Below the pieces are notes generated by a model. That model did not search any database. It saw only the letters and a list, made by a program, of their open reading frames with translations, and had not been told where the DNA came from. Of a stretch of DNA of 64,000 nucleotides, positions 1 through 8,335 are shown in pieces. Within the stretch, counting starts at the first letter, position 1; every line of letters starts with the position of its first letter. The position numbers and the translations under genes are program-made. This DNA is from Terriglobia bacterium (lineage in GTDB: Bacteria; Acidobacteriota; Terriglobia; Terriglobales; Acidobacteriaceae), in contig JAJPHW010000138.1 of the NCBI GenBank assembly GCA_021325035.1, positions 6,910 to 70,909 of the forward strand, written 5' to 3'.

Positions 1-5
1 GCTCC

Positions 6-833
6 TTACTCTGAAATTACTGGCAACGGCTCCAGGCCGCGGCCGCTGAGTATCTGTTCAAACTCGTGCATGACTTCGTCGTGGACGAATCCATTCGTCG
101 CAAGTGTTTGACGGCTGTCAATCAGAAATGGCCCTCCCCGAAAATCCGTGACCCTGCCGCCGGCTTCCTCGACCAGTAAAACACCCGCAGCCGTATCCCA
201 GGGGTTCAGGTTGAACTCCCAGAAAGCGTCAAACCGCCCGCAAGCTACGCAGCAAAGGTCAAGCGCCGCCGATCCGGCGCGCCGCACTCCGTGACTCCGC
301 AGGGTAATCTGGTGATAGAAAAAAATATTGGGGTTTTTATGCCGCTTATGGCTGGGAAATCCTGTCGCAACCAGGCTTTCGGCGAGCCTCGCTGTCTTGG
401 AGACCTCAATCCGTAAATCGTTCAAGAAAGCGCCTGAGCCTCTTTCCGCGGCAAAGAGTTCTTTGCGAGTGGGGTCATAGACCACTCCAGCGATGAGCTG
501 GCCCTTATGTTCGAGCGCAATCGAAACACAAAAAACCGGGAAGCCGTGGGCAAAATTTGTGGTGCCATCGAGCGGATCCACATACCAGCGATAATCGCTG
601 CCGCTGTCATGCAGTCCCTCCTCCTCGCCCAAGATGTCATGGCCGGGCCAGAGCCCAAGAATCCTCTCCCGGATAAGTGTTTCCGACTTGCGATCCGCCT
701 CCGTGACCAGATTGGCAACGCCCTTATATTCGATTTTGATGTTCTTATCGAAATACTCCATTAACAGCGTGCCTGCTTCGCGGGCGATGGTAGAAACGGC
801 GGGAATGTACGACGAGTGACGGTTTAAAGTCAT
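6..833 (-). CDS. suhB: Inositol monophosphatase family protein (SuhB/IMPase-like)
   Basis: 275-aa ORF. IMPase signatures are present: EEEG metal site, WYVDPLDGTTNF, WDTAAG. Confidence 0.85.
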   Translation of the reverse strand: MTLNRHSSYIPAVSTIAREAGTLLMEYFDKNIKIEYKGVANLVTEADRKSETLIRERILGLWPGHDILGEEEGLHDSGSDYRWYVDPLDGTTNFAHGFPVFCVSIALEHKGQLIAGVVYDPTRKELFAAERGSGAFLNDLRIEVSKTARLAESLVATGFPSHKRHKNPNIFFYHQITLRSHGVRRAGSAALDLCCVACGRFDAFWEFNLNPWDTAAGVLLVEEAGGRVTDFRGGPFLIDSRQTLATNGFVHDEVMHEFEQILSGRGLEPLPVISE

Positions 834-1002
834 GAACTAAGCATAACTACGCTCTCCGTATTTATAAACGAAAGGGTTCATCGTTTCTACTGAACTCGAT
901 GAAACTGATGACCTTTGTGATGCGCAATTAATTCCGGTCAGCGACAGCAATGAAAGGTAAAATGCACCCGGCGTTGCTAACAATACTCTGAGGGAGGTCC
1001 GA

Positions 1003-1332
1003 TTGAGACAATTCCTTCTATACCTGAGTTTTCTTATCTTTGTGTATGCTCTGCCCACCGGGGCCCAAGCACACCATGGTAGCGGCTATCCCCAACCACC
1101 AGAGCCCGCAGACAAGACAACAACCACCGCGCCGAGCGCTCCACCCACATTCAGGCCCCGCGCCCAGCCTGTCGAGTTACAACGCGATGCCAGAGAACTA
1201 TTGGAGCTTTCCCAGTCTCTACAGCCTGATATTGACTCCATCAATCATGGCCTGCTTCCCAAAGAGACGATTCAGAAGCTGAGGCGCATCGAGAAGCTCG
1301 CCAAACACCTGCGTACTGAAATCAGTCCGTAA
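1003..1332 (+). CDS. Small secreted hypothetical protein
   Basis: 109-aa ORF with a TTG start shortly after a GGGAGG Shine-Dalgarno. It has a signal peptide (LSFLIFVYALPTGAQA), a Pro/Thr-rich linker and a helical C-terminus. No family recognised. Confidence 0.45.
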   Translation: MRQFLLYLSFLIFVYALPTGAQAHHGSGYPQPPEPADKTTTTAPSAPPTFRPRAQPVELQRDARELLELSQSLQPDIDSINHGLLPKETIQKLRRIEKLAKHLRTEISP

Positions 1333-1351
1333 GCCAGCCAGAAAAATTTAG

Positions 1352-4300
1352 CTAAAAACTAAACTTCATCGAGAATTCCATGACCCTCGGTGAACCAAGA
1401 GCGAAAACTCCTGAACCCAGTCCCAAGCGGTTGCTGTTCGGTTGCCCGCCACCGGTTCCATTCGCGGAACCGGGGGTGCCAGTCAGCACGCCGCTGAGTG
1501 GATTCGCCGAACCATCAAAGTTGGCAAAGTTGAACACATTAAAGAAGGAAACTGTGGGTTCAAAAGTAAAACGTTCGCGGATGCGATAGTTCCAACTCAG
1601 GCTCAAGTCGAATGCGCGGAGCCAATCCATGCTGGCTTGATTGCCCGGAGCAAGTGGAATAGGTTGTTGCACCGCACCGATGGCTTGCAACTGTGTCTGT
1701 GTAAAGAGGCCGTTCTGCAGCAGGACATCCCCTGCAGGGGTCGGTTGCCCTGCAAAATTCTGATTGTAGCTTTGGATGTATTTGTTGATATTTCCACCGT
1801 TGACCGTGCGCCCAAAGGATCCAGTGCTGGTTCCAGGCAGAATATCGCCATTACCGCCATTGGAGGCGAAGCTGCCATCGCCAGTGCCATCACCCGTCAG
1901 GTCAGTTTGAAAGATGCCGCCGGCATTGCCGCTGGGCGCGAGGTAGAGCGTAGTTGCCAGTGGACTATAAAAGTGCCCGATAAAACCTATGCGGAAATTG
2001 TACGGAATGTCCATGGAGCCACCAAAGGAAACTTGATGGCGGCGATCAAGACCGTTAGGACCAAGGAAGCCCAGAGGTTTGTTGAAATCCTGCGCGATGT
2101 TTACAAAATCGCCGTCCTGCGCCGGGGCCGCAAATTTCGAGAGAGAGTACGAGATTTGAAGGTCAAGACTCTTCACATGCTTGAAGGGATTCTGAAGATT
2201 TTGCTTCAGTGAGAGCTGCAAGGCGTTATATACGGAGCGGCCAATGGGGAACAGCATCTGATTGGCGCCGACGTTTGGGTTGATGCCGGGGAATGCGCAC
2301 GTCGGGCAAGGGCTACCCGATGCAAATGAGTAGCCGGAATCTAGGCCGTTGCCCGCATAGTCGGCAATTTGCGCGCCGGCCGCGATGGCGCAGTTGATCG
2401 CACCTTGGCTGTAACTATTGCCGCATCCAAAGGAGCTATTGGTCGCGCTAATGGCGGCCTGTGCATTCGCCAGATTAAAAAAGCGCGAATCACCGACATG
2501 GTTCGTATCGACCGCCAAAAGCGTATGAGTTTCGATGTTACGCAGATAATCCGCGGAGAAAACCATCCCTTTGCGAATTTCATGCTGCAATCCGAAATTC
2601 ATCTGCACCGAACGAGGGCTGACGTAGTTGGGGGCGATTAGCGCAGTTCCAGTGGCGTCGAATCCATCGGAGAGAGCATTGCCAATGTACGACGGATTGC
2701 TGGCTGGGCCGGCGGCAAGCGTGGCCGCCTGATACTCGGCTTGCAATGCTTTAATCGCCGTAATCTGGCCGCTGATGGGTTGGCCGCAAATACTGGATGG
2801 GTCAACCACGACTCCGTTGGGCAATGTAAACGGCTGGCCTTGTCCATTGTTGCAAACGGTTGGTGTTGCTAGAAACAATCCTTGCGGCAGGCGGGCCGGG
2901 CGATCATATAGCAGGTTGTTCCATACGGAGTTTTCGTAGAAAAGCCCAATCCCGGCGCGAATTACAGTTTTTCCGCTGCGCTTCGGATCCCAGGCAATTC
3001 CCACCTGCGGAGCAAAATTCAAATTTGGCTGATGTATCCGGTTTCCCAACCCGCTATAGAACTGATTGTTGAATTGATTCAGGTCCGCAATAGGGCCGAG
3101 GTCGCTGTCGGTGCGACCAGAGTCGCGAACGTAACGTAGCCCGTAGGTGACGGTGAGATTCGGCTTTACCTTCCAGGCATCGCCAAAGTAGAGAGAAATG
3201 CGATTGTCGGGGCCAAGACGACCGGCGGGTAATCCGAACGAAGGAAGTTCACTGGAGTATCCGATGCCGTTACCCAACTGCACAGTGTTCGCGGGATAGT
3301 TGAGCGGATTGCTCGCTCCGCCCGGAAGTGCGAGGCAGGCGGTATTGCAATCACCAATTCCTGCGCCCACTGCGGGTGCGATGGCGAGGAAGCTGGCCGT
3401 TCCGCCGCCAAGAATATGGTTGTAGCCACCACCGTAACGGAAAATGTGTGCCCCCATCGCTTTGCTGCCGTCGTACTTGAATTGATGGTCAGACTGATAG
3501 GTGGTCTGCGGCGCGAGAAAGTTTGGGCCAGAGCAGAAATTATCGGCACCGCTGGTCAGACAATCCGGATCGCTGCCGATGGCGAGCTCAATTCCGGGAG
3601 CCGGATTGAAGATATTCGTGCCCGTAACCGCGTCCTGAATCGCATTGCTGAACTTCGTGTACCCGAAGCGAATACTGTGGGTAAAACCGCCGGTGATGAA
3701 ATCGAGGCCCATGGCATGCACGGGGGTATGGTTCGCGTTGGTAAAAGGCTGGAATGTATTCGGGATGTATGCCTGCGTGCTGCGGGTTACGTCGTAGGAA
3801 AACCGGTAAAAGAATTTATAGTTGTTGTTGATCTGCCAGTCCAGGCGAGCAACTCCTTCGGTCTCGCGGAAAGGTGAGTTGAAATTGCCCGTGAGACTTT
3901 CGAACGCGCCTGCGGGAAGGACCGGGTTTATTAAATCTTGCTTGGTGTGCTCAATGTCGGTAAAAAAGAAAAGCTTGTTCTTGATAATAGGACCGCCGAC
4001 GCTGCCTCCAGATTGATTCCGCTGAAAGTAATTATCGCTGGCACCGGGTAAATTGGCGTCCAAAGTCTGGTCACGAAAATAGTAGTAACCTTCGCCATGG
4101 AATTCATTGGTGCCGGATTTAGTCGTAACGTTCACCGACCCCGAGGAAGTCAATTCCGTCGAGAGATCAAGCGAAGACTGTTGGAGCTGAAATTCCTGTA
4201 TTGCCCCCTCGGGAATGTTCTGGGTCGTCGTGCCAACCGTTTCATCGCTGACGTCGAGGCCATCCACTTCGATGCGGGCAGTGCGCCCAAAGCGGCCGCC

Positions 4301-4948
4301 GAAAGAAATCGAAGAAAAACCAGTCTTTGTAGGATCGAAGTCGCCGCCATCCTGGATCTGCACGCCCGGTTCAAGTTGCGCCAGATCAAGAAAGTTGCGG
4401 CCGTTGATCGGTAACTTTTCAATCTGATCGGCAGTGAGAACGCCCTGAATAGTAGCTTGCTCAGTATTGACCGTAACTTCAGACGCCTGCACTTCCACGA
4501 TCTGCGCAGATTGTCCCACCTGTAGTTTCACATTGCCTGCGGAAGTCACACCCACTTGTACGGTCAATGGGATTTCTGTGGTCTTGAAACCCTGCGACTC
4601 TACTCGAACCACATAATCGCCCGGCGTTAATGCGCCGGATGTATATGTACCGGCAGAATTGGAAGTTACGGTGATAACACGGCCTGTGGCCTTATTGTTG
4701 ATCACCACTTTCGCGCCTCCGACCAGTGCGCCGCTCGGATCGGAAATCGTTCCCTGGATGCTGCCCGTGGAAATGGTTGTTTGCGAAAAGCCGGGCGTCC
4801 ATGCGCCGGAAACGAAAACAAGGGCAATGACTGCTACAAGCATTCGAAACAAATGCAGATTTTGTGCATAGAACTTCCGGGGCATGGGGCTCATCCTTGA
4901 GAACATCTTGAATTTGAGATTAGCGAACTGCTTTGCAGTTGTTTTCAC
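1352..4948 (-). CDS. TonB-dependent outer-membrane receptor with N-terminal carboxypeptidase-regulatory-like domain
   Basis: 1198-aa ORF. It has a signal peptide (LVAVIALVFVSGAWTPGFSQ), a CarboxypepD_reg-like sandwich (GTISDPSGALVGGAKVVINN...YVVRVESQGFK), a plug-like segment (LPINGRNFLDLAQLEPGV), a long barrel region and an aromatic C-terminus (...MKFSF). Which N-terminal Met is used is uncertain. Confidence 0.85.
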   Translation of the reverse strand: MKTTAKQFANLKFKMFSRMSPMPRKFYAQNLHLFRMLVAVIALVFVSGAWTPGFSQTTISTGSIQGTISDPSGALVGGAKVVINNKATGRVITVTSNSAGTYTSGALTPGDYVVRVESQGFKTTEIPLTVQVGVTSAGNVKLQVGQSAQIVEVQASEVTVNTEQATIQGVLTADQIEKLPINGRNFLDLAQLEPGVQIQDGGDFDPTKTGFSSISFGGRFGRTARIEVDGLDVSDETVGTTTQNIPEGAIQEFQLQQSSLDLSTELTSSGSVNVTTKSGTNEFHGEGYYYFRDQTLDANLPGASDNYFQRNQSGGSVGGPIIKNKLFFFTDIEHTKQDLINPVLPAGAFESLTGNFNSPFRETEGVARLDWQINNNYKFFYRFSYDVTRSTQAYIPNTFQPFTNANHTPVHAMGLDFITGGFTHSIRFGYTKFSNAIQDAVTGTNIFNPAPGIELAIGSDPDCLTSGADNFCSGPNFLAPQTTYQSDHQFKYDGSKAMGAHIFRYGGGYNHILGGGTASFLAIAPAVGAGIGDCNTACLALPGGASNPLNYPANTVQLGNGIGYSSELPSFGLPAGRLGPDNRISLYFGDAWKVKPNLTVTYGLRYVRDSGRTDSDLGPIADLNQFNNQFYSGLGNRIHQPNLNFAPQVGIAWDPKRSGKTVIRAGIGLFYENSVWNNLLYDRPARLPQGLFLATPTVCNNGQGQPFTLPNGVVVDPSSICGQPISGQITAIKALQAEYQAATLAAGPASNPSYIGNALSDGFDATGTALIAPNYVSPRSVQMNFGLQHEIRKGMVFSADYLRNIETHTLLAVDTNHVGDSRFFNLANAQAAISATNSSFGCGNSYSQGAINCAIAAGAQIADYAGNGLDSGYSFASGSPCPTCAFPGINPNVGANQMLFPIGRSVYNALQLSLKQNLQNPFKHVKSLDLQISYSLSKFAAPAQDGDFVNIAQDFNKPLGFLGPNGLDRRHQVSFGGSMDIPYNFRIGFIGHFYSPLATTLYLAPSGNAGGIFQTDLTGDGTGDGSFASNGGNGDILPGTSTGSFGRTVNGGNINKYIQSYNQNFAGQPTPAGDVLLQNGLFTQTQLQAIGAVQQPIPLAPGNQASMDWLRAFDLSLSWNYRIRERFTFEPTVSFFNVFNFANFDGSANPLSGVLTGTPGSANGTGGGQPNSNRLGLGSGVFALGSPRVMEFSMKFSF

Positions 4949-5057
4949 TTAAAGCGATTTCCAGAGTTGTTAGGTGCGCTTTAAAGAATATCAGTTTTAT
5001 TCTCGGATTTCGTTTTAAATCTTTCATTTCACACAACTTGCGTACCCTGTTGTGTTA

Positions 5058-6032
5058 TCAAAATCTACTCTTCGATGTGTAATATCCGGCACGGTGGCGA
5101 ATCTTGAAGTTCGGGCTGCTGTTCGTTCCACTCACTTTCACCTGAATCCGTCGAAAATCAGAATCGGCCAGCCGCCTTACCGGATAGTATCCGAGCAAAT
5201 ATTGCGTGCGCAGCTCGTCACTGATCTGTCGAAATGCTTCGTCCATCTGCGGCACCGTCGTGGCGTAAAAATATTTGCCGCCAGTGTCTTCGGAAATCTG
5301 GATCAGCGCGTGCTCGCCGCCCAAATCACGCCCGGCGCTGGCTTCAATCGGAACATCAATAATGCTATAGACGATCGCATCCGCCTCTTGCGCTGCACGC
5401 ACTGCCTCCTGGTAATCCACTTTGCTCGCTGTGTCCCCGCCGTCTGTAATGACCACCATCACTTTTCTTCCCTGGCGTTTTTCGAGTGCTTGCGATCCCA
5501 GATAAATCGCATCGTAAAGCGCCGTCGCCGCTCCGTGATGAACGTGTTCAATTCCGTGGTCAATCGTTTTCATGTCGGCGGTAAAGGGCACAACTTCATC
5601 CACGACTTCGCTGAATTCATAAAGGCTGAGCGCGTCCACGGGACGCAAAATATCGTGCACAAAACGTTTTGCCGAAGTCAGCTCAAGCGGCAGGTCTTTC
5701 CGCGTGCTCAAGCTGGTATCTATGTCGAGCACCACCGAAATTGGCAACGCCGACTCTTTATCGAAAACTGAAATCTCTTGCGCGACGCCATCTTCAAAGA
5801 GACTGAAATTGTCTTTGGTGAGATTGGCCACCGGCGCGCCGCGCTGGTCCGTAACAGTGACATAGGCGCTTACTAGCTTGACATGGACTTTTATCGCTAC
5901 TGCAGGATCATCCGCAGGCTTTTGCCCGCTGGAACCGGAAGCCCAGGGTGGCTTGGGAATTTGGGCCAACGCGGCCGATGCCGCCAAAAGCGAAAAAGCC
6001 AGAATTCTGGGGAGATGCGCTCGACGGCTCAT
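5058..6032 (-). CDS. VWA domain protein (VWFA-related acidobacterial type, TIGR03436-like)
   Basis: 324-aa ORF with a signal peptide, the FSLFEDGVAQEISVF motif and a MIDAS-like DIDTSLS. Its ATG overlaps the stop of the upstream moaD-moaE fusion (ATGA). Confidence 0.8.
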   Translation of the reverse strand: MSRRAHLPRILAFSLLAASAALAQIPKPPWASGSSGQKPADDPAVAIKVHVKLVSAYVTVTDQRGAPVANLTKDNFSLFEDGVAQEISVFDKESALPISVVLDIDTSLSTRKDLPLELTSAKRFVHDILRPVDALSLYEFSEVVDEVVPFTADMKTIDHGIEHVHHGAATALYDAIYLGSQALEKRQGRKVMVVITDGGDTASKVDYQEAVRAAQEADAIVYSIIDVPIEASAGRDLGGEHALIQISEDTGGKYFYATTVPQMDEAFRQISDELRTQYLLGYYPVRRLADSDFRRIQVKVSGTNSSPNFKIRHRAGYYTSKSRF

Positions 6033-6751
6033 TTATGTGTAGATGCAGGCTTTCCGCTACGGCTGCCTTCGATAGCTGGCACTTGTTCGGGAAATGGTTC
6101 GCCGTCAGCCCAAACCGCGCCGTCCTCGAAATGTTCCTTCTTCCAGATAGGCACCGTGCGTTTGAGTGTATCAATCAGCCATCGGCAAGCGTCAAAAGCA
6201 GCGGCGCGATGCGCGGAAGCGACCGCGATGAGCACGCTAGTCTCGCCGATTTCCAGGCGGCCCAGCCGGTGGACAATCGCAGCATCGCGGATCGGAAACT
6301 TCGAGATGGCTTCCGCAGCAAGCTGCTCCATCTGCTTATAAGCCATCTCCTCATAGGCTTCGTAATCGAGATAGAGCGTGCGTCGTCCTCGCGTTTGGTT
6401 ACGGACAATTCCCTCAAACACCGCCACGGCACCGTCCTCGGGATGTTTTATGCCGGCGACGATCTTCTGGGTGTCAATCACATCGCGCACGATAGCAATA
6501 CGCGGCGATCCGCCACTCACCGGAGGCAGTAGTGCGATTTCGTCTCCATCTTTGAGAATGGTATCGGATGAGGCATAACCCTGATTCACCGCCAGCGCGA
6601 TGGATCCGGCAAATTGCGGCAGGCCGGGAATGTTTGCTTGACAGCGCTCGAAAACATCTGACAACCGCGCCCCTTCTTCCAAGTCAAAAGACATGGCGGA
6701 TTTCCCTGCCATATCTTTAATCACGCCGAAAAATAGGACTTTAACTTGCAT
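6029..6751 (-). CDS. Molybdopterin synthase MoaD-MoaE fusion protein
   Basis: 240-aa ORF. Residues 1-81 are MoaD/ThiS-like and end in ...LLPPVSGG. The rest is MoaE-like (AVAVFEGIVRN, HRLGRLEIGETSVLIAVASAHR, PIWKKE). Confidence 0.85.
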   Translation of the reverse strand: MQVKVLFFGVIKDMAGKSAMSFDLEEGARLSDVFERCQANIPGLPQFAGSIALAVNQGYASSDTILKDGDEIALLPPVSGGSPRIAIVRDVIDTQKIVAGIKHPEDGAVAVFEGIVRNQTRGRRTLYLDYEAYEEMAYKQMEQLAAEAISKFPIRDAAIVHRLGRLEIGETSVLIAVASAHRAAAFDACRWLIDTLKRTVPIWKKEHFEDGAVWADGEPFPEQVPAIEGSRSGKPASTHK

Positions 6752-6853
6752 GGTTCGCGTGCCAGTAGTCTATCGCGCTTCCAGCACATGCAACATTCGG
6801 TGTATGCTGGCTGGCATCCGTTTCAACTTCCTTCCCCCAAGAAGGATGCCTAC

Positions 6854-8272
6854 ATGTCCGATCAACCAGCGCGTCCTGGTTCCTACGACTCCAGCGTGGT
6901 TTGGTGTTATGAAGTCATGCCCAATGACGCGCCCGCGGCCTACCGCGACGACGCCATCTTCGTCGTGCATGGTATCGGTGGCCGCATGGGCGGCAATGTC
7001 GCGGTGGAGTTGCGCCATGGATTTGAGAATGCCCTGGGCGCGCTCAAACCACCCGATGACGCCTCGTGGAAGTCCGTCCCCGCTACTTACATCAAAATCG
7101 GCTACTGGGGAAATTACGGCCAATTCGAGGATTGCTTCCCCTCGCTCTATAAAGCCATGAATAAAGCCTCTCGCGGATTCTTCAATCAAATGTGGCAATC
7201 GCGCACTGATTCCGCATCGAGCACGGCGTGGTGGTTTACCGAACAAGCCTGGCGTCTGCCCTTTCAAACTTTTAGCCACGGTGGTGCAGACCAAGGCTGG
7301 CTTTTTCCATTTTTACGCGCCGTCACCTATTTGGAGGTGGCTCTATTCACGACCTTCGCTCTGCTTTACATGTTGCTTGCAAAAGCGGGGCGTCAGATTC
7401 TCGGTTTGGTGGTTGGAGACGTTAACTTTTATCTCGCTCCCCAAGGGCCGATTGAATCGGCCATCGTGCAAAATATTGACCGCCGCGTGCGCGATTTGTT
7501 TCTGCAAATGATCGGCCTGGATTCCGATTTCAATGATCTAGCCAAACCCGGCATTCCCCCCACCGACGATCCTTTACTTTCTGCGAAGCAGCAACTTGAT
7601 GTCGGCGGTCGCCCGCAAGTCTTCAAACGCATCACTTGGGTCGCCCATAGTCTCGGGACCGTGGTCAGCTATAACGTGATTTCCGACTTATTGCATCAGT
7701 GCGAATCACTGGAAAAAAAAGCAGCAGAGGAAAACAACTATCTTCTGCTCGGCCGTGTCCGCCGCGTCGAAGAGGGCATTTCGCGCTTTATTACGCTGGG
7801 CTCGCCGCTGCAAAAAATGGCCGCGTTGTTTCCCGGAGTTTTGCGTCCGTGGCCGCCAAAATATCTAAAACAATTTGCGGACGAGAAAAAGTGGATCAAC
7901 TTCTATCACATCCTTGATCCAGTTTCTGGAGTCTTGCGGGATCCTGAGTGTTTTGCCGCCAAGAATGAAGATGGTAGCGAAGCTCTGGCTCCGCAAACTT
8001 ACCAGAGCCCAAAAATTTGCACGCTGCCGGGATTGGCGCATGTCAGCTATTGGGATACGCCTCTGATTTCCCAGTACATCATCGCTGCCACTTTTCCCTG
8101 CATGCCTAATGCAGACCGCGTCTCGCTCACTCATTGCCCGAGGAGTTGGTTCATCCTTTTTCTGTGGCATTCCGTAATGCTGATTTCGCTGGTAGTTTTT
8201 TTAAGTCTTGCATTGTTGCCGATCGGCCTTTTGGCGGAGCTCGCTTACCAAGTGGTATTACATTTTCACTAA
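6854..8272 (+). CDS. Membrane-associated alpha/beta-hydrolase-like hypothetical protein
   Basis: ATG at 6854 preceded by GAAGGA. The longer ORF from 6746 would overlap the divergent moaDE start, so I did not use it. Motifs seen: FVVHGIGG (oxyanion-hole-like), AHSLG (GxSxG nucleophile elbow), ITLGSP. It has one internal and one C-terminal hydrophobic helix. Family not recognised. Confidence 0.55.
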   Translation: MSDQPARPGSYDSSVVWCYEVMPNDAPAAYRDDAIFVVHGIGGRMGGNVAVELRHGFENALGALKPPDDASWKSVPATYIKIGYWGNYGQFEDCFPSLYKAMNKASRGFFNQMWQSRTDSASSTAWWFTEQAWRLPFQTFSHGGADQGWLFPFLRAVTYLEVALFTTFALLYMLLAKAGRQILGLVVGDVNFYLAPQGPIESAIVQNIDRRVRDLFLQMIGLDSDFNDLAKPGIPPTDDPLLSAKQQLDVGGRPQVFKRITWVAHSLGTVVSYNVISDLLHQCESLEKKAAEENNYLLLGRVRRVEEGISRFITLGSPLQKMAALFPGVLRPWPPKYLKQFADEKKWINFYHILDPVSGVLRDPECFAAKNEDGSEALAPQTYQSPKICTLPGLAHVSYWDTPLISQYIIAATFPCMPNADRVSLTHCPRSWFILFLWHSVMLISLVVFLSLALLPIGLLAELAYQVVLHFH

Positions 8273-8282
8273 ATTCTGACCA

Positions 8283-8317
8283 TAAAAAAATGCCAGTTCC
8301 TTTTCGGGAACTGGCAT
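8283..8317 (-). terminator. Rho-independent terminator downstream of 8336..10315
   Basis: On the - strand: ATGCCAGTTCC-loop-GGAACTGGCAT (11-bp stem) followed by TTTTTTT. It lies 19 nt after the stop codon. It also sits just after the convergent + gene that ends at 8272. Confidence 0.75.
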
Positions 8318-8335
8318 CCTTCTGACCTTCACTGC

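Noticed and set aside
5052-5771. 239-aa + strand ORF overlapping the VWA gene; the same pattern occurs at 22427..23194 (desaturase), 36291..37091 (lpdA), 33063..33635 (peptidase-like gene) and 24708..25304 (dehydrogenase)
   Set aside because: All are antisense shadows of genes with clear motifs on the opposite strand. None has a convincing start context.
6752-6853. Possible Moco riboswitch upstream of the moaD-moaE fusion
   Set aside because: Only ~100 nt are available. I could not recognise the conserved Moco-motif helices, and the region is shared with a divergent promoter.
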